Shown here piece by piece: positions 12,347 through 24,785 of a DNA stretch of 64,000 nucleotides. Location: contig NC_057720.1 of the NCBI RefSeq assembly GCF_004010195.1, forward strand, positions 31,332,150 to 31,396,149, given 5' to 3'. This DNA comes from Chiloscyllium plagiosum (lineage: Eukaryota). Numbering within the stretch: position 1 is the stretch's first letter; the number at the start of each line of letters is the position of its first letter. The translations under genes were made by a program, and so were the position numbers. Below the pieces are notes generated by a model. That model ran no database searches, was not told the DNA's origin, and saw only the letters and a program-made list of their open reading frames with translations.

Positions 12347-12652
12347 GGGTAGCTGATACTCCAATCACTTGGTTTCCCATGAAGTTACTGTGCATGGTAG
12401 TAGCTTGCAGTCAGTAAAGCTTCTCTTTAAGAGGAACAGATTGCCTTCAAAGGCTGGTGGCTAACTGGAACACATGCCAGCTTTGCACATTGTAACACTA
12501 ACCGTTCAGCATGCACCAAACTGGCAGCACAGTTCACACTGGGCTGCACGTTTGTCAAGAAACTGAGAGGGCAGAACACAGTTTTTGTGCTGTTTGCAGC
12601 CTCAACAGGACCAGCTATGATTGGATCATGAATTGCACAGGCCAATTCTGTT

Positions 12653-13093
12653 TAGCTCAGTTGGCTGGATCATTGGTTTGCAGACCAGGGTGATGCTAAC
12701 AGTGTGGGTTCAATTCCCATTACTAGTTTTAGGTTACCATGGAGGACTCTCCTTCTCAACCTCACCCCTCACCTGAGGTTTGGTGGCCCTTAAGTGAGGG
12801 ATGAGTCCTCATTCCTGATTTAATGGCTTTTGCCCGAAACGTCGATTTTCCTGCTCCTTGGATGCTGCCTAAATTGCTGTGCTTTTCCAGCACCACTCTC
12901 ATCTTGACTCTGACGTCCAGCATCTGTAGTCCTCACTTTCACCTCGTAGGTTGAGGATAAGCAATAGCAGAACAGTGGGGAAAAATGGGATGACACTGAG
13001 AACATAGATTGTTGTGTGCCACCATAGTCTTACCAGATCATGGACGCTGCTCTCTTATTAGAGAGAAGTGACTGGTAGTGAGTTAACCTGAGG
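12653..13093. mobile_element. tRNA-derived SINE: 5' half plus (12653-12794), 3' half inverted (~13010-13093)
   Basis: A box tagctcagttgg and B box gggttcaattccc; the continuation cctcaggttaa is found on the minus strand. Confidence 0.75.
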
Positions 13094-13189
13094 CCTCATT
13101 CATGGTGAAGAACTTTTGCCTGAAACATCAATTTTCCTGCTCCTTGGATGCTGCCTGACCTGCTGGGCTTTTCCAACAACATTCTAATC
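12806..13189 (+). mobile_element. Two Penelope termini (12806-12944 with tail, 13094-13189 without) bracketing an inverted host segment
   Basis: Both begin cctcattc and match 3914-4044; aggttgaggata (12948-12959) is the reverse complement of tatcctcaacct (13190-13201). Confidence 0.85.
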
Positions 13190-13392
13190 TATCCTCAACC
13201 TCATCTAACCGAAGAGGAGACAAAAAAAAGAAAAAACAAAACATTGAAAGTGAGATCAAAAAGATATATATCATGTGTGGCAAATTTTTAAAAATTATTT
13301 TAAACTACAACATTTTGCGCTGATGTAGAAAGGAGACATGACATTATCTGATGTGGTTTGTACCAGTCTGCAAACTGAGCATGTAAATGAGA

Positions 13393-13750
13393 GAACAGAG
13401 AACAGTACAGCACAGTACAGGCCCTTCAGCCCTCGATATCGTGCTGACCTTTTATCCTACTCTAAGATCAAACTAACCTACATACCCTACTTTTCACTGC
13501 CATCCATGTGCCTATCCAAGAGTCACTGAAATGTCCCTAATGTATATGACTCAACAACCACTGCTAGCAGTGCATTCCATGCACCCACCACTCTCTGTGT
13601 AAAGAACCTATCTCTGACATCTCTCCCAAACCTTCCTCCAATCACATGAAAATTATGCCCCCTATGATAGCCATTTCTGCCCTGGGAAAAAGTCTCTGGC
13701 TATCCACTCTATCTCTGGCTATCCACTCTATCTATGGCTTTCATCATCTT
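13393..13750 (-). mobile_element. CR1 3' fragment (different subfamily) with a 19-bp tandem duplication
   Basis: Reverse CR1 3' end; tctctggctatccactcta occurs twice at 13693-13730. Confidence 0.75.
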
Positions 13751-13900
13751 GGCAACTCCATGAAACCAGAAAATTAGATTTGCTGTTACAGAGTGAGAGA
13801 AGGAATGAACTTGTATTTATATAGCACTACATCACAAAGCATTTCCAATTACTTTTGAAGTACTGACAGTCTACTAGGACACTCAATCTATAAAGGAGGT

Positions 13901-16900
13901 CGTAGAGTCATAGAGATGTACAGCATGGAAACAGACCCTTCGGTCCAACCCGTCCATGCTGACCACATATATCCCAACCCAATCTAGTCCCATCTGCCAG
14001 CATCTGGCCCATATCCCTCCAAACCCTTCCTATTCATATACCCATCCAGATGCCTTTTAAATGTTGCAATTGTACCAGCCTGCACCACTTCTTCTGGCAG
14101 TTCATTCCATTTCATTCCAACCTTTTCACACATTTCTGTGTGAAAAGGTTGCCCCTCAGGTCTATTTTATAACTTTCCCCTCTCACCCTAAACCTATGCC
14201 CTCTAGTTCTGGACTCCCTGAACCCAGAGAAAAGACTTTGTCTATTTATCCTCATGATTTTGTAAACCTCTATAAGGTCACCCCTCAACCTACAACGCTC
14301 CAGGGAAACCAGCCCCAGCCTGTTCAGCCTCTCCCTGTAGCTGAAATCATTCAACCCTGGCAACATCGTTGTAAATCTTTTCTGAACCCTTTCAAGTTTC
14401 ACAACATCTTTCCGATAGGAAGGAGACCAGAATTACACGCATTATTCCAACAGTGGCCTAACCAATGTCCTGTACAGCAGCAACATGACCTCCCAACTCC
14501 TGTACTCAATACTCTGACCAATAAAAGAAATCATACCAACCCCTTCTTCACTATCCTATCTACCTGTAACTCCACTTTCAAGGAGTTATGAATCTGCACT
14601 CCAAGATCTCTTTGTTCAGCAATACTCCCTCGGACCCTACCATTAAGTGTATAAGTCCTGCTAAGATTTGCTTTCCCAAAATGCAGCACCTCGCATTTAT
14701 CTGAATTAAACTCTATATGCCACTTCTCAGCCCATTGGCTCATCTGGTCAAGATCCCGTTGTAATCTGAGGTAACCTTCTTCGCTGTCCACTACACCTCC
14801 AATTTTGTTGTCATCTGCAAACTTACTAATTGTATCTCTTATGCTCATATCCAAATCATTTATGTAAATGACAAAAACGTAGAGGACCCAGCACCGATCC
14901 TTGTGGCACTCCACTGGTCACAGGCCTCCAGTCTGAAAAGCAACCCTCCACCAGCACCCTCTCTCTTCTACTTTTGAGCCAGTTCTGTATCCAAATGGCT
15001 AGTTCTCCCTGTGTTCCATCAGATCTAACCTTGCTAATCAGTCTCCCATAGGGAACCTTGTCAAACGCCTTACTAAAGTCCATATAGATCAGATCTACTG
15101 CTCTGCCCTCATCAATCTTCTTTGTTACTTCTTCAAAAAACTCAATCAAGTTTGTGAGACTTGATTTCCCATGCACAAAGCCATTTTGACTATCCCTAAT
15201 CAGTCCTTGCCTTTCCAAATACATGTACATCCTGTCCCTCAGGATTCCCTCCAGCAACTTGCCCACCACCGACATCAGGCTCACTGGTCTATANNNNNNN
15301 NNNNNNNNNNNNNNNNNNNNNNNNNNNNNNNNNNNNNNNNNNNNNNNNNNNNNNNNNNNNNNNNNNNNNNNNNNNNNNNNNNNNNNNNNNNNNNNNNNNN
15401 NNNNNNNNNNNNNNNNNNNNNNNNNNNNNNNNNNNNNNNNNNNNNNNNNNNNNNNNNNNNNNNNNNNNNNNNNNNNNNNNNNNNNNNNNNNNNNNNNNNN
15501 NNNNNNNNNNNNNNNNNNNNNNNNNNNNNNNNNNNNNNNNNNNNNNNNNNNNNNNNNNNNNNNNNNNNNNNNNNNNNNNNNNNNNNNNNNNNNNNNNNNN
15601 NNNNNNNNNNNNNNNNNNNNNNNNNNNNNNNNNNNNNNNNNNNNNNNNNNNNNNNNNNNNNNNNNNNNNNNNNNNNNNNNNNNNNNNNNNNNNNNNNNNN
15701 NNNNNNNNNNNNNNNNNNNNNNNNNNNNNNNNNNNNNNNNNNNNNNNNNNNNNNNNNNNNNNNNNNNNNNNNNNNNNNNNNNNNNNNNNNNNNNNNNNNN
15801 NNNNNNNNNNNNCTTGCTGATCTTTGAGGGGCCCTATTCTCTCCCTAGTTACCCTTTTGTCCTTAATGTATTTGTAAAAACCCTTTGGATTCTCCTTAAC
15901 TCTATTTGCCAAAGCTATCTCATGTCCCCTTTTTGCCTTCCTGATTTCCCTCTTAAGTATACTCCTACTTCCTTTATACTCTGCAAAGGATTCACTTGAT
16001 CTATCCTATCTATACCTTACTTTTTTTCTTAACCAAACCCTCAATTTCTTTAGTCATCCAGCATTCCCTATACCTACCAGCGTTTCCTTTAACCCTAACA
16101 GGAATATACTGTCTCTGGCCTCTCGTTATCTCATTCCTGAAGGTTTCCCATTTTCCAGCCGTTCCTTTGCCTGCGAACATCTGCCCCCAATCAACTTTTG
16201 AAAGTTCTTGCCTAATACCGTTAAAATTGGCCTTTCTCCAATTTAGAACTTCAACTTTTAGATCTGGTCTATCCTTTTCCATCACAATTTTAAGTCTAAT
16301 AGAATTATGGCCGCTGGCCCCAAAGTGCTCCCCCACTGACACCTCAGTCACCTGCCCTGCCTTATTTCCCAAGAGTAGGTCAAGCTTTGCACCTTCTCTG
16401 GTAGGTACATCCACATACTGAATCAGAAAATTTTCTTGTACACACTTAGCAAATTCCTCTCCATCTAAACCCTTCACACTATGGCAGTCTCAGTCTTTGT
16501 TTGGAAAGTTAAAATCTCCTACCATAACTGCCCTATTATTCTTACAGATAACTGAGATCTCCTTACAAGTTTGTTTCTCAATTTCCCTCTGACTGTTAGG
16601 GGGTCTATAATACAATCCCAATAAGGGGATCATCCCTTTCTTATTTCTCAGTTCCATCCAAATAACTTCCCTAGATGTATTTCCAGGAAGATCCTCCCTC
16701 AGCACAGCTGTAATGCTATCCCTTATAAAAAAATGTTACTCCCCCTCCTCTCTTGCCTCCCTTTCTATCCTTCCTGTAGCATTTGTATCCTGAAACATTA
16801 AGCTGCCAGTATGCCCATCCCTGATGGGCATATATCTGTAATTGCTATGATATCCCAGTCCCATGTTCCTAACCACGCCCTGAGTTCATCTGCCTTCCCC

Positions 16901-17575
16901 GTTAGGCCCCTTGCATTGAAATATATGCAATTTAATTTATCAGTCCTACCTTGTCCCTGCCTGCCCTGACTGTTTGACTCTCTTCTGTTCTCAACTGTAA
17001 CCAGTCTCAGATTGATCTCTTTCCTCACTATCTCCCTGGGTCCCACCTCCCTTCCGCCCCCAACCTTACTAGTTTAAATCCTCCTCAGCAAGTTTCCCTG
17101 CCAGTATATTAGTCCCCTTCCAATTTAGGTGCAATCCGTCCTTCCTGTACAGGTCACTTCTACCCCAAAAGAGATTCCAATGATCCAAAAATGTGAATCC
17201 TTCTCCCATACACCAGCTCCTTAGCCATGCATTCATCTGCTCTATCCTCCTATTCCTGCCCTCACCAGCTCGTAGCACCGGGAGTATTCCAGATATTGCT
17301 ATTCTTGAGGACCTCTTTTTAAAATTCTTACCTAACTCTCTGTAGTCACTCTTCAGAATCTCAACCTTTTCCCTTCCTATGTCATTGGTTCCAATGTGGA
17401 TAATGACCTCTTGCTGGCCCCTCTCCCCCTCAAGAATATTCTGCACCCTCTCTGAGGCATCCTTGATCCTGGCACCAGGGAAGCAACATACCATTCTGAT
17501 TTTTCGCTGCTGGCCATCGAAACGTATGTCTGTACCTCGGACTAGAGAATCCCCAAACACAAGTGGAACCCGACA
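13901..17575 (-). mobile_element. Long CR1 LINE (ORF1 esterase, ORF2 APE endonuclease and RT), disrupted, contains an N-gap
   Basis: [43 protein letters not shown] and KFADD motifs in shifting frames; tail at ~13903. Confidence 0.95.
17069..17560 (-). pseudogene. CR1 ORF1 SGNH/GDSL esterase domain
   Basis: Uninterrupted frame with GDSLVRG, CFPGA, HIGTND and DGLHLN blocks; N-terminus truncated. Confidence 0.9.
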
Positions 17576-17994
17576 TACCTGAGGTAATTTAGTCCATCTT
17601 GCAGGTGACTGTGATAGCTCTTTAACTGAATCTGCCAAATGTCATCCTAATTTCTGGCTTTTTTCCATATCCTATTCATATTCTTCCTTCTTAGATACCG
17701 AGACAATGCCTCATTTAAATCTTTCTTCCTTTACTGATACTTGCATTAAAGCCTTTCATGTGCTAATAACTTTGAGTAAACAATTACCTTAGTTTTAATC
17801 TAAATTCAGTCTGAGCCCCTTGTTATCAAGTTGTCAAGCATTGAGAGCAGCTCTCCACAATATAATCTCTTAATTTTTCTTAAATTTTGAAAAATCTTTT
17901 ACATCCCCTTTAATCTTTTTTGTTCCAGTAAAAGTCTTCTTCATAATCACAGCCTCTTATTCTAATATTAAATGAGTGAATTACATTGTTATTT

Positions 17995-18272
17995 TAGCAA
18001 GTATTGCAATGTTGCTCAATGATTAGTTTTTATGGAACTGATTGAGAAAGGAATGTTGGCCAGAACACACTGCTGTCTTTTAATCGTACCAGAGTTACTG
18101 TTTTAGTTTGATGTAACAGATCTCATGGTACTATTTACATATCATCCAAAGGACAGCACTTCTAACAATGCAGCATGCTCTAAATTCCTATTGTGCAGAA
18201 TATGTGACCAAACCTACAAAAAAGCTTGAACTAGTAACTTAACAGAAGTTGTAACTAATTGAACCAAGCTGA
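17995..18272 (-). mobile_element. Ancient Deu-domain-like SINE
   Basis: tcatccaaaggacagcacttctaacaatgcagca resembles the Deu/AmnSINE-type core (recognised from memory); degenerate tRNA-like head at the right end. Confidence 0.45.
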
Positions 18273-18421
18273 AACATCGAAACCCCGAGTCCTAAGGATA
18301 ATGCCATAAGGCCACTAGGTATCATATTAGTAGCATTATGTCCAGTCTTGTTTTTTGAAGTACAGGAAAATGCACTTGATGAACCCCCTATTTCAGAATC
18401 ATATTTTGAGGAGGAAGAGAA

Positions 18422-19090
18422 CAGAATTACAACAGGATCTTGACCAGATGAGCCAATGGGCTGAGGAGTGGCAGATAGAGTTTAATTTAGATAAATGCGA
18501 GGTGCTGCGTATTGGGAAAGCAAATCTTAACAGGAATTATACACTTAATGGTAAGGTCCTAGGGAGTGTTGCTGAACAAAGAGATCTTGGAGTGAAGGTT
18601 CATAGCTCCGTGAAAGTGGAGTCGCAGGTAGATAGGATAGTGAAGAAAGCATTTGGTATGCTTTCCTTTATCGGTCAGAGTATTGAATACAGGAGTTGGG
18701 AGGTCATGCTGTGGCTGTAAAGGACATTTGCTCGGCCACTTTCTCCCTGTGGTGGGGGTGGGGGGACGGGTGGGGTGGTGGGGAGGGGGGAGGAATCCTG
18801 AATTAGAGGGCATAGGTTTAGGGTGAGAGGGGCAAGATATATAGAAGAGACCTAAGGGGCAACCTTTTCATGCAGAGAGTGGTGTGTGTATGGAATCAGC
18901 TGCAAGAGGAAGTGGTGTAGGCTAGTACAATTGCAATATTGAATCTGGATGGGTTTATGAATAGGAAGGGTTTAGAGGGATATGGGCCAAGTGCTGGCAA
19001 ATGTGACTAGATTATGTTGGGATATCTCGTCGGCATGGACGAGTTGAATCAAAGAGTCTGTTTCCGTGCTGTATGACTCTATGATTCTAA
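18422..19090 (+). mobile_element. CR1 3' fragment with internal deletion and G-rich expansion
   Basis: LQQDLDQ.SQWAEEWQ.EFN.DKC motif; jumps at ~18740 to the late C-terminus through a G tract. Confidence 0.9.
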
Positions 19091-19909
19091 GTATCCCAGT
19101 TTCTTATGTTAATGTCTTTCGTGATATCGCTCCCCTCCAAATGTATACATCAGTAAACTTTAATAAATGTCACACAGCACAGAAACAAATCTTTCGGTCC
19201 AACTGGTCTGCACTGACTAAATATATGCTGTGATTCAGAATTGCTGTCACCACCCTAGTCTAAAACTAATTGCTGCGTAGACCAGCACTGCCACTGAAGA
19301 GAGTGCATTGCTTATTATGGCACCAACTGGATTATGTGAATGCATCCATGGAAAAAAGCTCAAGAACACAGCGTGAAAAGTCAGAAGAATCCTGCTCAAT
19401 AGTTCCAATTTAAGAATTTTAAATATCAGCCAGTAAAACTATTAAAGACTTTCAAGATGCCGGGAAACCAGTTAATACATTCAGACTGCAATTAGAGGAA
19501 ATGTATAAGGGGCTACCAGTCAAATATCATTTGTTTTATATGATTGCCTATAGTTAGTTATTTCAACAGTGTACAGTTAGCTGAAATATGCTTTCCTCGC
19601 TTGTTAGAATAATTTCAAAAGATAGATGAATCATCATCAGCTAAATATCAGTGCAAAGTCCATTGAGATAATAGAAACATCTGATATCAATAATCTGAAT
19701 ACAAGAAGGTCACAGGGCAAATAGGAATTATCAGGTCTGTCAGGAGGACTGGAATATGAAATGGCTTTGTTTAGTGTTGTACTTCATCTGTGTAAAGAAA
19801 GGCCCATTCCTCCTGGTAACATGTAACCATTTCAATAGTATCTATGATATTGTGAGCCTTGAACAGTACAAAAAGAAATTAAGAGAGGAAATGATGATTT
19901 TTTCTTAAT

Positions 19910-20835
19910 ATCCATTCATGAGATGTGAGTGTTGCTGCCTGGGCAAGCATTTATTGCATATCACTAATTGCTGTGAAGAGGGTGGTGATGAACTGCCTTC
20001 CTGAACCCACTACAGCCTTTGAGGTGTAGGCATACCCACAGTGCTGTTAAGAAGAAAGCTCCAGGATTTAGATCCGGTGAGCATGAAGGATGAGGAAGGT
20101 AATCCCAAAATCAGGATGCTGAGTTAGTTGGACAGGAGTTTTGAAGTTGTATTCCCATTCAGCTACTGCCAGGTTATCGTTAAAAGTGACTTGATGAATT
20201 ACTGCAGTGCATCTCGTAGATGGTGCGCACTTGCGCACAGTGTGTCAGTGGTGAAGGGAGTGATTGCTGAAAGTGTTGGGTTGGATGCCTATCAAGCTGT
20301 TTTAGCCTGATGGTCTCAAGCTGGAGTGTTGTTGGAGCTACACTCATCCAGGCTAGTGGAGATTATTCCTGATATATGTCTTGTAGATGATGGACAGGTT
20401 TTGAGAGACAAACAGTCATTCCCTCCACCAGCAATACACAATAGCATGTGCATGTACGATCTACAAAGATGCAAAAATTCATCAAGGCTACTTAGACAGC
20501 ACCTTCCAAATCCCCAGCCCCGCCAATCAAGAAAGACCAGAGCAGCAGATATATTGGAAAAATATCATCAGAAACATCTCCTCCCCGCCATTCACTATCT
20601 TGACTTATATTGTTAAAAATCACACAACACCAGGTTATAGTCCAACAGGTTTATTTGGAAGGACTAGCTTTCGGAGCGCTGCTCCTTCATCAGGATCTGT
20701 CATCACTCCTTCAGTGTTGCTGGGCCAAAATCCTTGAATTCCCTCCCTAGCTGGGTCTTCCTACAAGACATGAACTGCAGCAGTTCAAGAAGGTAGCTCA
20801 CCACCATGTTCTCAAGGGCAATTAGTGATGGGCCA
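19910..20835. mobile_element. Two inverted 3' fragments of a CR1-type LINE ((atga)n-tail family)
   Basis: 19910-20405 minus, 20410-20835 plus; ends gctcaccacca...ctcaagggcaattag.gatgggc; same family as 22045, 37583, 39762 and 58295. Confidence 0.7.
20611..20694 (-). ncRNA. Second-family Penelope terminus with an intact minimal hammerhead core (20663-20694)
   Basis: Minus strand reads cCTGATGA-a-GGAGC-agc-GCTCC-GAAA-GCTA-gt, then aataaacc; palindromic AGCT stem III and CUA triplet. Confidence 0.75.
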
Positions 20836-20879
20836 TCTCATAAATTAATTTTTTTAAAATATGGTGATGATACCATATA

Positions 20880-21343
20880 CAGTAAACTTTTTATTATCCG
20901 GCACCTACGAGACCAAAAAAGTGCTGGTTGATTCCGGTTAATCAAAAGGTCCACTTCATTAATGTAAAAGCACACATGAAGTAATAGAAACATAATGTGG
21001 GGCCATTGTTATACTTTATTTACAGCACAAAATGCAACCTTGCCTTAAATAAAACTTACCAGCAGACAGCCTTCTTACTTGCACACTTGTCTGACTACTC
21101 AGACATCATGGTAGATCGAAGTATTTGAAGTGAAAATTACTCAAAATTGAAACAACTGTTGATATTTCATGTGACCATTTGATTGAACAATGATTATATT
21201 TACGTGAGGTAAATAAATTTTAAAAATTGCAGTAAATGGACAGAATAATATGGTTAGCCTCAGGATATTTGAGATACAGGATTTTTGCCAGTTTATCAAG
21301 AGTGCTGGTTCATAAGATGCTGGTAAAAACAAAATTTTGTTCT
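20880..21343. mobile_element. Possible Tigger/pogo-like non-autonomous DNA transposon
   Basis: ta|cagtaaactttttattatccggcacct at the left and a degenerate inverted counterpart agatgctggtaaaaacaaaattttgttc|ta at the right. Confidence 0.4.
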
Positions 21344-21369
21344 AATTGACTTGAAAATAATAGGCAAAA

Positions 21370-22795
21370 TTAGCAATAACTTGGACCACTGTGAATTAGT
21401 TATTAAGCCAGCACTTATTTACTCAAGGTGAATCAGTTTATTATGAGGTAGCAGAGAGGGTTGATGAGGGTAATTTTTAAATGTGGTACATATGGACTTT
21501 CAAAGCATTTAATAAAGAATTATTTTACAGACATGTCAGCAAAATAAAACCCATGGAAGAAAAGGGGTTGTGCCAATATGGATTCGAAGTTGGCTAAAAG
21601 ACAGGAAACAGTCGTTCTCAATAGCTGTTTTCCTGACTGGAGGAAGGTATACTATGCTGCAAAGGGGAATGTGATGTGGTATGTTTTGGTAAGAAGTTTG
21701 AAGAGAGATAAAATAAATGATTTAATTCTGAAAGGAGTGGAGGAGCAGAGTATGTGCAAAAATCATTAAAAGGTGGCAGAACAATTTGGCAATAGCGATT
21801 AAATGACCTTAGGAGATCCTAGGCTTTATAAGTAAGGCGATGGAAATGTGTTGCTGGAAAAGTGCAGCAGGTCAGGCAGCATCTAGCTTAGGAGATCCTA
21901 GGCTTTATAAGTAAGGCATTTAGTATCAAAGCAAGCAAGTTATGGTGAACAGCTCTAAAATATTGGCTCAACCACAACTGAAATTTGTATCCAATTATGT
22001 AGACCAAAGTTTAGAAAGGATGCATAATCATTAGAAAGGGATTTTGTTTATTGATTTGGCCTTGTGTTGTGGGCATTATTAGCTAGACCAGCATTTATTT
22101 CCCATTTCTAGTTACTCTTAAGAATATGATGGTGAGCCATCTACTTGAATCATTGCAGTCCATCTGGTGTAGGTATATACTTCATACCATTATAAGGGAT
22201 TCGCAGGATTTTGACCCAGTGATAAGAAAGGAACCATAATATAGTTTCGAGTCAGTATGGCGTGTGGATTGGAAGGCAACTTGGTGTCTCACATGCCTCT
22301 GTGGCCCTCATCTTCCGTGGTGGTTGTACTCACAAGTTCAGAGGTACTGTCGAAGGGGCTTTGTTGAGTTGCTGCTATGCATCTTGTTAACGTTCAGAAC
22401 AGATTTATGAGAATAGCTCCAGGGATGAGGAACTTCAGTTACATGGACAGACTAGTAAAGCTAAAGCTGTTCCTTCAGAGAAGGGCAAGTTCTGATGACA
22501 TTTAAATGAAAGTTTTAAGATCATGAGGTTCTGGGATTGAGTGGGCATGAAAAAACACCTCATAAGTAGAAGAGTCGAGTACTGGGGGAACATCAATTTA
22601 AAGTGAATGGCCAAAGAGCCAAAGTTGACAGGAGGAAAGACATTTCTATAGAACAATTGAATAGAATTAGTAATGTACTGCCTGATGGTGTGGTGGAGGC
22701 AAATTGAATCATGGCTTTTAAAGAGAATTGCATTTGCAGAACCAACAAGTAAAGGACGGGAGGGTGGCACTACCTCAGCGCTTTTTGCAGAGAAC
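21370..22795 (+). mobile_element. Very old CR1 RT remnant hosting a PLE fragment (21839-21886) and a minus-strand CR1-type fragment (22045-22390)
   Basis: gatgagggt...tatggactttcaaagcattt (YMDF.KAF) and a decayed C-terminus. Confidence 0.65.
21839..21886 (-). mobile_element. 48-bp Penelope terminal fragment flanked by a perfect 31-bp direct repeat
   Basis: cttaggagatcctaggctttataagtaaggc at 21808-21838 and 21887-21917. Confidence 0.9.
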
Positions 22796-22799
22796 TGGA

Positions 22800-23408
22800 G
22801 TCATAGTAGTAGAGATGTTCAGCACAGAAACAGACCCGACAGTCCAACTCATCCATGCCAACCAGATGTCCTAAATAAATTTAGTCTCATTTGCCAGCAT
22901 TTGACCCATATCCCTCTAAACCCTTCCAATTCATTTATCCATCCAAGTGCCTTTTAAATGCTGTTATTGTAGCAGCCTCCAACACTTCCTCTGGCGGCTT
23001 GTTCCATACATGTATCACCCTTTGTGTGGAAAACGTTGTCCCTTAGGTTCCTTTTAAATATTTTCTCTCTCATCTTAAACCCACACCCTTTATTTTTCGA
23101 CTCTCTCACCCCTGGGAAAAGACCTTGGATGTTCACCCTATCCACGCTTCTCATGATATTATAAACCTTCATAAGGTCACCTCTCGGCCTTTGATGCTCC
23201 AGGGTAAACAGCCCTAGCCTATTCAGCATCTCCCAATGCCTCAAATCCTCCAACCCTGGCAACATCCTTGTAAATCTTTTCTGAACCCTTTCAAGTTTCA
23301 CAACATCCTTCCTATAGCAACCTGAACTGCACACAATATTCTAAAAGTGGATTATCCAATATCCTGTACAACTGCAATATGACCTCCCAACTGCTATACT
23401 CAATGCAT
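22800..23408 (-). mobile_element. CR1 3' fragment
   Basis: YRKDVVKLERVQKRFTRMLPGL on the minus strand. Confidence 0.9.
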
Positions 23409-23684
23409 GGACATAATGGGCTGAGTGGCCTTGACTATTCAAACCACAACAAGGCAATACAAACTTAGCAAAAGGAATATTTATTTACAGAAGAGATTGT
23501 AATTGAAATAATTAGATCCTACATAACATCAGGATAAGTGTAAAACTTATGCTGACCCAATGTATTTAGTTATTTAATGGACCATGGCAAGGACCTCAAA
23601 CCATTTGTAAACCCATATCCTGAAAATGAGCTGAGTGCCATTGCTCGGATCTGATGTACTTATGATCATGGAATCATTACTAAT

Positions 23685-24785
23685 ATAAGAACATAAGAAC
23701 TAGGAGCAGGAGTAAGCCATCTGGCCCTTTGAGCCCACTTCGCCATTCAATAAGATCATGGCTGATCTTTTTGTGGCCTCAGCTCCACCTACCTGCCCTC
23801 TCACCATCACCATTAATTCCTTTACTGTTCAAAAAATAATCTATCTTAGCTTTAAAAACGTTCAATGCGGGAGTGTCAACTACTTAACTAGGCATGGAAT
23901 TCCAAAGATTCACAACCTTCTGGTAAAGAAGTTCCTTCTCAGCTCAGTCCTAAATCTGCTCCCCATAGATTTGAGGCTATGCCCTCTTGTCCTAGTTTCA
24001 TGTGCCAGTGGAAACATCCTCTCTACCTCTATCTTATATATTCCTTCATAATTTTACATGTTAATATATGATTCCCCCTAATCATTCTAAATTCTAATGA
24101 ATATAATCCCAGTCTACTCAGTCTTTCCTCATAAACCAACCCCCTCAACTCCGAAATCAACCTAGTGAACCTCCACTATGCTCCCTCTCATGCCAATATA
24201 TCCTTCCTCAAGTAAGGAGACCAAAATTGCATGCAGTACTCCAGGTGTGCCCTCACTAGCACTCTATACAGCTGCAACATAACCTCCCTGCTTTTAAACT
24301 CAACCCCTTTAGCAATGAAGGACAACATTCCATTTGCCGCCTTAATTACCTGTTGTACTTGCAGTCCAACAACACTCTGTGATTTATGCACAAGGACACC
24401 CAGGTCCCTCTGCTCAGCAGCATGCTGAATTTTTTTACCATTCAAATAGGAGTCCTTTTTATTGTCCAATAATAGTCCATTACTAGCAAAATGGATGACT
24501 TCACATTTATTAACATAAATGTTAATGGCAGACCATTGCCCACTCATTTAAACAAACGATGTCCCTCTGCAAAGTTTCACAGTCCTCCGCACACTTTGCT
24601 CTACCACTCATCCTAGTGTCATCCACAAACTTTGACACATTGCATGTGGTCCCCAACTCCAAATCATCCATGTAAATTGTGAATAATTGCGGTCCCAACA
24701 CTGATCCCTGAGGCACACCATTAGTCACTGATCGCCAACCAGAAAAGTACTCATTTATCCCCATTCTTTACTTCCTGTTAGTTAG
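23685..24785 (-). mobile_element. CR1 RT to 3' end (different subfamily)
   Basis: [15 protein letters not shown] and HLEYCMQFWSPY motifs; (taagaaca)n at the tail. Confidence 0.9.

Noticed and set aside
15171..15999. Long ORFs spanning 15.2-16.0 kb, 34.8-35.6 kb and 54.5-55.4 kb
   Set aside because: Artefacts of N-gaps inside CR1 and Penelope copies
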